The position numbers were made by a program, and so were the translations under genes. The notes under the pieces are model-generated. The model was given only the letters and a program-made list of their open reading frames with translations, was not told where the DNA came from and made no database searches. DNA of 61,026 bases from a virus (lineage: Duplodnaviria; Caudoviricetes), in the IMG/VR virus record IMGVR_UViG_3300048592_001388, positions 1 to 61,026 of that record. One strand, written 5' to 3'. This document shows positions 55,999-61,026 of this stretch, in pieces (position 1 is the first letter of the stretch; each line of letters opens with the position of its first letter).

Positions 55999-56934
55999 AT
56001 GACCCACATGACCATCGCCCGCGGCTATCTCGGCACCAGGGAGCTGAAAGGCTCCGCCGGCAACCCGAAGATCATGGAGATGTACCGTACCGTCGGCCAC
56101 CATTGGGTGGAACATGATGAGGTGGCCTGGTGCGCCGCCTTCGTCGGGCATTGCCTCGAGAAGTCAGGCATACCATCGACGCGCAAACTCAATGCAAGGT
56201 CCTACCTCACCTGGGGCGAGAAGGTCGCCGGCCTCGAGCAGGCGCGGGAGGGCGATGTCGTCGTGTTTACGCGCGGTACGTCCGCGGCGACGGGCCATGT
56301 CGCCTTTTTTCTCAAGACCACCGGCCAGCAGATCGAGGTGCTGGGCGGCAACCAGTCGGACGGCGTCACAGTCGCGCGCTATGCCAAATCCCGTCTTCTC
56401 GGCATCCGGCGGTCTCTGCGTGCCGACGCACCACAGCGCCCGGAGATGAAGGTCGTCCAACAGCAGTTGAAGGACTTGGGGTATTTCGAGGTGGGCAACG
56501 TCGACGGGCGCTACGGCCCCCGCACGCGAGCTGCAATCCTCGCCTTCCGGGCCGACAACGGGCTCGGCCTCAGCCCGGATGTGGATCCGGTGTTGGCAGA
56601 AGCCCTGCAGCGCGCCAGGCCACGTGCCGTTTCGCGGGAGCGGGCGGAGGGCAAGCCTGAGGATTCGCGCATCGTGAAGGCGGCGGATGCCCAGATCGCC
56701 ACCGGCATTGTCGGCATTGCGGGCGCTGCCGCGACCGTTGTTGCCCCCGCCGTCGAAACCGCCGAGCGGGCAAAGGACATGACTGAGCGCACCGTGGGGC
56801 TCCTGAACCTGACGGACTGGCTGCTGCCGGTGCTGCCCTGGGCGGGTGCCGCAATCTTCCTGATCGTCATCTTACTTGCGTGGAAGGCGAAGGCCGCCCG
56901 CATCGAGGATTACCGCACGGGGAAGACGCCATGA
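55999..56934 (+). CDS. Endolysin: TIGR02594/NlpC-P60-like peptidase, PG-binding domain and C-terminal hydrophobic segments
   Basis: DEVAWCAAFV, GHVAF, LGGNQ; QQQL..LGY..VDG.YGP.T; hydrophobic C-terminus. Confidence 0.88.
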   Translation: MTHMTIARGYLGTRELKGSAGNPKIMEMYRTVGHHWVEHDEVAWCAAFVGHCLEKSGIPSTRKLNARSYLTWGEKVAGLEQAREGDVVVFTRGTSAATGHVAFFLKTTGQQIEVLGGNQSDGVTVARYAKSRLLGIRRSLRADAPQRPEMKVVQQQLKDLGYFEVGNVDGRYGPRTRAAILAFRADNGLGLSPDVDPVLAEALQRARPRAVSRERAEGKPEDSRIVKAADAQIATGIVGIAGAAATVVAPAVETAERAKDMTERTVGLLNLTDWLLPVLPWAGAAIFLIVILLAWKAKAARIEDYRTGKTP

Positions 56935-57188
56935 CGGGGTTTCCCATTTCGATGTTTGGCGCCGCCTGGTCCCGCCTGTCGGGCTGGGCCGTGCTGGCGG
57001 CGGGCGTTCTCGCCGCCCTCGGCATTGCGTGGCTCAGGGGCCGCGCCGCCGGCAGGGCTGCCTGGGAGGCGAAACGGCAGGCCGCGCGTGAACGAGCAAC
57101 CCAGCAAGCAGGGGAGATCCGGCATGACGTTCAGAACAGCAGCGATCCTGCTCTCGATCGCCGTCTCGACCGCTGGATGCGCGACTGA
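56931..57188 (+). CDS. i-spanin-like protein
   Basis: N-terminal TM, charged helical region, ends W.RD; follows the endolysin. Confidence 0.65.
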   Translation: MTGFPISMFGAAWSRLSGWAVLAAGVLAALGIAWLRGRAAGRAAWEAKRQAARERATQQAGEIRHDVQNSSDPALDRRLDRWMRD

Positions 57189-57324
57189 TCCGCGGCTGAA
57201 GAGCGACTGCGACTGGGCCCAGCCCATCCGGCCTTCACGGTCTGATGTGCTCACCCGGCAGACGAAGGAACAGATCCTGGCCCACAACGAGGCGGGGGCA
57301 AAACTCTGCGGGTGGCGGCCATGA
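57124..57324 (+). CDS. o-spanin-like lipoprotein
   Basis: Signal peptide with lipobox TAGC; C...PI, ILAHN....C; overlaps the i-spanin 3' end. Confidence 0.7.
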   Translation: MTFRTAAILLSIAVSTAGCATDPRLKSDCDWAQPIRPSRSDVLTRQTKEQILAHNEAGAKLCGWRP

Positions 57325-57665
57325 GCGTCAGCGTCGCAGACGGGCCCGCAATCGTTGCTGGTTATGAGTACAGGCTGCAGCTGGAGGCCGACAGCCCGGT
57401 GTTTCCGGTGGGCTGCACGCTCGCGGCGCAGGTGCGGGCCAAGGTCAGCGACAGCGCCATCATCGCAGCCCTCACCACGGCAAACGGTGGCCTCGAGCGG
57501 ATCTCCGATACCGTCGTGGAGATCGCCATTCCGCCCGCCGCGACAGCGAATCTCCCGCCGGGCAGCGTCGTCATGGACATGGTGCGCACTGATCTCGAAC
57601 CAGACCGGCATCTCAACTTCACCCTCGAGATCCCCGTCATCCGCCCGGTCACGCGAGGCCTGTGA
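57321..57665 (+). CDS. Hypothetical virion-associated beta-sandwich protein
   Basis: AQVR, LTTANGG, I....TA.L pattern seen ahead of fibre genes; ATGA coupling. Confidence 0.6.
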   Translation: MSVSVADGPAIVAGYEYRLQLEADSPVFPVGCTLAAQVRAKVSDSAIIAALTTANGGLERISDTVVEIAIPPAATANLPPGSVVMDMVRTDLEPDRHLNFTLEIPVIRPVTRGL

Positions 57666-57886
57666 TGGCGGGGAAGATCGAACTCGCACCACATACCGGC
57701 CCGATCCGAATCCAAGTGTCGGGCAGCGAGATGGTCAGGGTGCGGGTCAGCAGCGTGCCTATCGCCGTCAGGGTTCTCGGGCTTCCCGGTCCGCAGGGCC
57801 AAGCCGGCGCGCCAGGCTCCCCCGGCCCGCAGGGGCCGCCCGGCAGCCTCGACCATGGCATCGCCATCGACGGCGGCAATTTCTGA
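57665..57886 (+). CDS. Short collagen-repeat protein
   Basis: GLPGPQGQAGAPGSPGPQGPPG (G-X-Y run); ends IDGGNF. Confidence 0.7.
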   Translation: MAGKIELAPHTGPIRIQVSGSEMVRVRVSSVPIAVRVLGLPGPQGQAGAPGSPGPQGPPGSLDHGIAIDGGNF

Positions 57887-57906
57887 CTCCTGAAAGGTAG
57901 AACTAT

Positions 57907-58890
57907 ATGGCGAACGTCATCCGCATCAAGCGCCGCGCGTCCGGCAACACCGGCGCACCCGCCGCCCTCAAGTCGGCCGAACTTGCTCACAACGAGGTCG
58001 ACAACACGCTTTACATCGGCAAGGGTGACGACGGCTCCGGGAATGCCACGACCATCGTGCCGATTGGCGGCAGTGGCTCCTTCACCGATCTCTCCACCGC
58101 GCAGACCATTGGCGGCGCGAAGACCTTTTCGACCGTGCCGAAGTCTTCGCAAGACGCATCCGGCAGTACCGATCTTGTTCGCAAGAGTCAGCTCGACACG
58201 CTGCTCGCGACCAAGGCGCCGCTCGCCTCACCGGCCCTCACCGGCACGCCGACTGCACCCACGGCGGCGGCCGCCACCAGCACCACCCAGATCGCCACGA
58301 CCGCCTTCGTGCAGGAGGCCCTGTCGGCGGCCGGCGCCGGCGACATGTCAAAGTCGGTCTATGACACCACCAACAACGGCAAGGTGGACGTCGCCGAGAC
58401 CGCCGAGGCGGTGCCGTGGACGGGTGTCACGGGCAAGCCTTCGACCTTTACGCCCGCGACGCATGCCCATGCCACATCGGACATCACGGGGCTCGATGCG
58501 GCGCTGGCCGCGAAGGCCCCGCTGGCCTCGCCAGCCCTTACCGGCACGCCCACCGCGCCGACAGCGACAGGTGGAACCAACAGCACGCAGATCGCCACCA
58601 CGGCCTTTGTCGCAGCGGCGATCACGGCGGTGATCAACGGCGCGCCGGGTGCTCTCGACACGCTCAATGAACTGGCCGCGGCGCTTGGCAATGATGCGAG
58701 CTTTGCCACGACCATCACCAATGGCCTAGCGGAGAAGCTCGCCAAGGCGTCTAACCTCTCCGACCTGACGAATGTGGCAACAGCCAGATCGAACCTCGGC
58801 CTCGGCACCATGGCCACCCAGAACGCCAACAGCGTGAACATCACGGGCGGCACCCTCGACGGCGTCACCATCGACGGCGGCACGTTCTGA
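57907..58890 (+). CDS. Tail fibre protein with internal repeats
   Basis: N-terminal IRIKR..ELA.N...LY; KAPLASPALTGTPTAPT..TQIATTAFV twice; LDTLNELAAALG; ends IDGGTF. Confidence 0.8.
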   Translation: MANVIRIKRRASGNTGAPAALKSAELAHNEVDNTLYIGKGDDGSGNATTIVPIGGSGSFTDLSTAQTIGGAKTFSTVPKSSQDASGSTDLVRKSQLDTLLATKAPLASPALTGTPTAPTAAAATSTTQIATTAFVQEALSAAGAGDMSKSVYDTTNNGKVDVAETAEAVPWTGVTGKPSTFTPATHAHATSDITGLDAALAAKAPLASPALTGTPTAPTATGGTNSTQIATTAFVAAAITAVINGAPGALDTLNELAAALGNDASFATTITNGLAEKLAKASNLSDLTNVATARSNLGLGTMATQNANSVNITGGTLDGVTIDGGTF

Positions 58891-58942
58891 CGCGCATCCT
58901 TTCGATTCTCCCAGCCAGACTGCACCTGAAAGGGGCCCCCCT

Positions 58943-59791
58943 ATGGGAATCAAGCTCAAACGGTCGGCGGTCGCCAGCAAGGTGCCTGTCGTCGCCGACC
59001 TCGAACTGGGTGAGCTCGCGGTCAATACGTTCGACGGCAAGCTCTATCTCAAGAAGAATGACGGCACCGAAGCCATCGTCGAAGTGGGTCCGGTGCGCTC
59101 GGTCGCCGGCAGGACGGGTGCCGTTGCCTTAGGCATCGCCGACGTCGCCAGCCTGCAGACTGCGCTCGACGGCAAGCAGCCGGCAGGCTCATATGCGGCC
59201 GCCTCGCACACCCACGCCATCGCCAATGTGACGGGCCTGCAGGCAGCGCTCGACGCCAAGGCAAACCTCGCTGACATCTTGGGCAGGCAGTCCATCTGGG
59301 TGCCAGCACCTGCGATGCATGACAGTGGCAACGCGCCGCTGACGACCATCTGGCCATCGGGCGGCTCCGGTTACAGGGTGCTGTTGCTGGATCCCTTCGG
59401 AAACGAGGGGGCCTACTTCTCCGTCCAGATGCCCAGGAGCTGGAACAAGGGTCCGCTCACCGCCAGGTTTGTTTGGAGCCACGCTGCCACCAGCACCAGC
59501 TTCGGGGTTAGGTGGGAAGTCTATGCCATAGCAACGGGTGACGGGGAGAATCTCGCAGGGATTTCCTGGAGCGCCGTTGCCAGGGTGACGGATACGGGCG
59601 GCAACACGGACCACCTGTACATCTCACCCGAAACTCCCGCACTTGCGCCCGAGGGCACGGCTGGAGATGAAGACCTGGTTTCCTTCTATGTGGGCCGCCA
59701 GGCCACCGACGCCGCCGACACCATGGCAATCGATGCCCGGCTGCATGGCGTCTTCCTCTACTACACCACCAGTGCCGCGAAGGATAACTGA
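58943..59791 (+). CDS. Tail fibre / receptor-binding-like protein
   Basis: IKLKRS..GELAVN..DGKLY, VAGRTGAV, HTHAIANVTGL, beta-rich C-terminal domain. Confidence 0.72.
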   Translation: MGIKLKRSAVASKVPVVADLELGELAVNTFDGKLYLKKNDGTEAIVEVGPVRSVAGRTGAVALGIADVASLQTALDGKQPAGSYAAASHTHAIANVTGLQAALDAKANLADILGRQSIWVPAPAMHDSGNAPLTTIWPSGGSGYRVLLLDPFGNEGAYFSVQMPRSWNKGPLTARFVWSHAATSTSFGVRWEVYAIATGDGENLAGISWSAVARVTDTGGNTDHLYISPETPALAPEGTAGDEDLVSFYVGRQATDAADTMAIDARLHGVFLYYTTSAAKDN

Positions 59792-59794
59792 GCC

Positions 59795-60490
59795 ATGCTC
59801 CGCGTCAATCAGCTGATCGGGTTCGGAGCGGGTGGCGGCAGGCCCGGACCCTATTCCATGTCCTATGCCGGCAGAAACCTCTCGTCCGGCCTGACGCGCA
59901 CCGTCAGCTTCGACATCGGTCCATACTATTCAGACAGGATCGTGTTCATCGGGGGTGTGTCGGGCCTCAGCCAGGGCATCACCTCCTGCTCCGTCAACGG
60001 TGCGGCTTGCGCCAAGGTCGGTGGGGCGACCTCCTATTCCGTCCGCGAGTTCTGGCGTGTGGTGGCGCCACCCGGAGAAGGCTCCGTCCCCATAACTGTC
60101 AACTGGACCGCCTCGACCTCGAGCCTCTTCGCCGTCTGGGTTCTCGGCGGCGGCGCGGGCTTGAGCCCCATCTTCGATGTGGCCTCCGCCGCGGGAAACA
60201 ATACGAACAGTGCAACGGCGAACTTCAGCACCCCCGGCGCCGTCAACGAATTTGCCCTGATGCTCGGCTCCAAGCCGATGGCGTCCGTCGGCGCCTTCGA
60301 CGGGTTCAACACGGACCTCGACAACCCGAGCACGTCCTTCGTGGGCGTCTCGTACAATGGCGGCGGGTGCGGTGGCGGCTTCATTGGGCCAAACATCACC
60401 TATGAAGCGAACGTGTACGTCCAGGCCTACGGCTCTGACAGCTCCAAGCCCATCAACGTGCTGGCCATCAAGTTCGGAAAGACTCCCTGA
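59795..60490 (+). CDS. Hypothetical Gly/Ser-rich beta protein (candidate receptor-binding)
   Basis: 231 aa between a fibre gene and the DUF4376 gene. Confidence 0.55.
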   Translation: MLRVNQLIGFGAGGGRPGPYSMSYAGRNLSSGLTRTVSFDIGPYYSDRIVFIGGVSGLSQGITSCSVNGAACAKVGGATSYSVREFWRVVAPPGEGSVPITVNWTASTSSLFAVWVLGGGAGLSPIFDVASAAGNNTNSATANFSTPGAVNEFALMLGSKPMASVGAFDGFNTDLDNPSTSFVGVSYNGGGCGGGFIGPNITYEANVYVQAYGSDSSKPINVLAIKFGKTP

Positions 60491-60492
60491 CC

Positions 60493-61026
60493 ATGACGGA
60501 ATTTGCACTCCTGATCGACGGCGCCCTCAGGGAAATCCGTCAGTATGACGAAAGGCCAGCCGACATTCCGCACAAGAAGGTGTCTTGGCATCCGGTGGTC
60601 CGGGACGAAGGGGCCACCGCATTCACCGGACTCGAGAACGGCAACTGGGTGATCCGCGCGGCGCTGCCGACGCTGGAAGAGCTTCGCGCCCAAAAACTCG
60701 CGGAGCTTGCCGCTCTCCGCTGGGAGAAGGAGACGGGTGGCACCCTGTTCAACGGCATGCCTGTCGCCACCGACGCGGTAAGCCAGACCAAGTACATCGG
60801 CGCGGTGGTCGGCGCACAGATCGACCCCAATGCTGTCATCAACTGGAAGATGGCGGACGGCGCATTTGTCACTCTCGATGCCCAGGCCATCACGGCGGTG
60901 GCGATGGCGGTGCGGGCGCATGTGCAGGCGTGCTTTGACGGGGAGGCGCTGCTGAAAGGAGACATCGAAGCTGCCACCACGGCGGAAGAGATTACGGCAG
61001 TCGATCTGAACATCGGATGGCCGTGA
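60493..61026 (+). CDS. DUF4376 family protein (fibre-associated)
   Basis: LAALRWEKETGG, TD..SQ, WKMADG.FV.L, HVQACF..E. Confidence 0.82.
   Translation: MTEFALLIDGALREIRQYDERPADIPHKKVSWHPVVRDEGATAFTGLENGNWVIRAALPTLEELRAQKLAELAALRWEKETGGTLFNGMPVATDAVSQTKYIGAVVGAQIDPNAVINWKMADGAFVTLDAQAITAVAMAVRAHVQACFDGEALLKGDIEAATTAEEITAVDLNIGWP

Larger units (their letters stand above)
6690..61026. mobile_element. Temperate prophage with lambda-like head, P2-like contractile tail and serine recombinase; right end outside the window
   Basis: Continuous integration, replication, packaging, head, baseplate, sheath/tube, tape measure, lysis and fibre modules with no obvious lesions. att sites not identified; the left defence cluster may be cargo. 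Confidence 0.92.

Noticed and set aside
57907-61026. Diversity-generating retroelement or invertible fibre switch
   Set aside because: No reverse transcriptase, adenine-specific TR/VR pair or invertase in view; one could lie beyond the right edge.
1-61026. tRNA, rRNA or IS elements
   Set aside because: None recognised by eye and no transposase ORF in the track; tRNAscan/Infernal not run.

Overview
GC-rich, alphaproteobacterial-type DNA (inferred from the gene families and an alpha-type SOS box). Positions 1-6.6 kb are a defence cluster: type I R-M hsdM, a broken patatin phospholipase fragment and an ietAS AAA-ATPase/S8-protease pair. From about 6.7 kb to the end lies one apparently intact temperate myovirus-type prophage whose right end is outside the window. 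It has a serine recombinase/DUF2924 module, RecD2 and SNase, an early replication operon, a lambda-like head, a P2-like contractile tail, a lysis cassette and extra fibre genes. No CI-like repressor is visible. In the switch position there is instead an operon of SMC/Rad50-like ABC ATPase, cytoplasmic HEAT-repeat histidine kinase and response regulator with a winged-helix-like output domain. It is preceded by an alphaproteobacterial LexA box (GAAC-N7-GAAC) and followed by six repeats at exact 11-bp spacing upstream of the early operon. This is the best candidate for an undescribed system: an SOS-gated phosphorelay prophage switch. A second candidate is a moron encoding an AerR/PpaA-like B12-binding protein and a miniature PpsR/CrtJ-like protein with a degenerate HTH, possibly manipulating host photosynthesis regulation. 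All family assignments come from motif recognition by eye; no searches were run.
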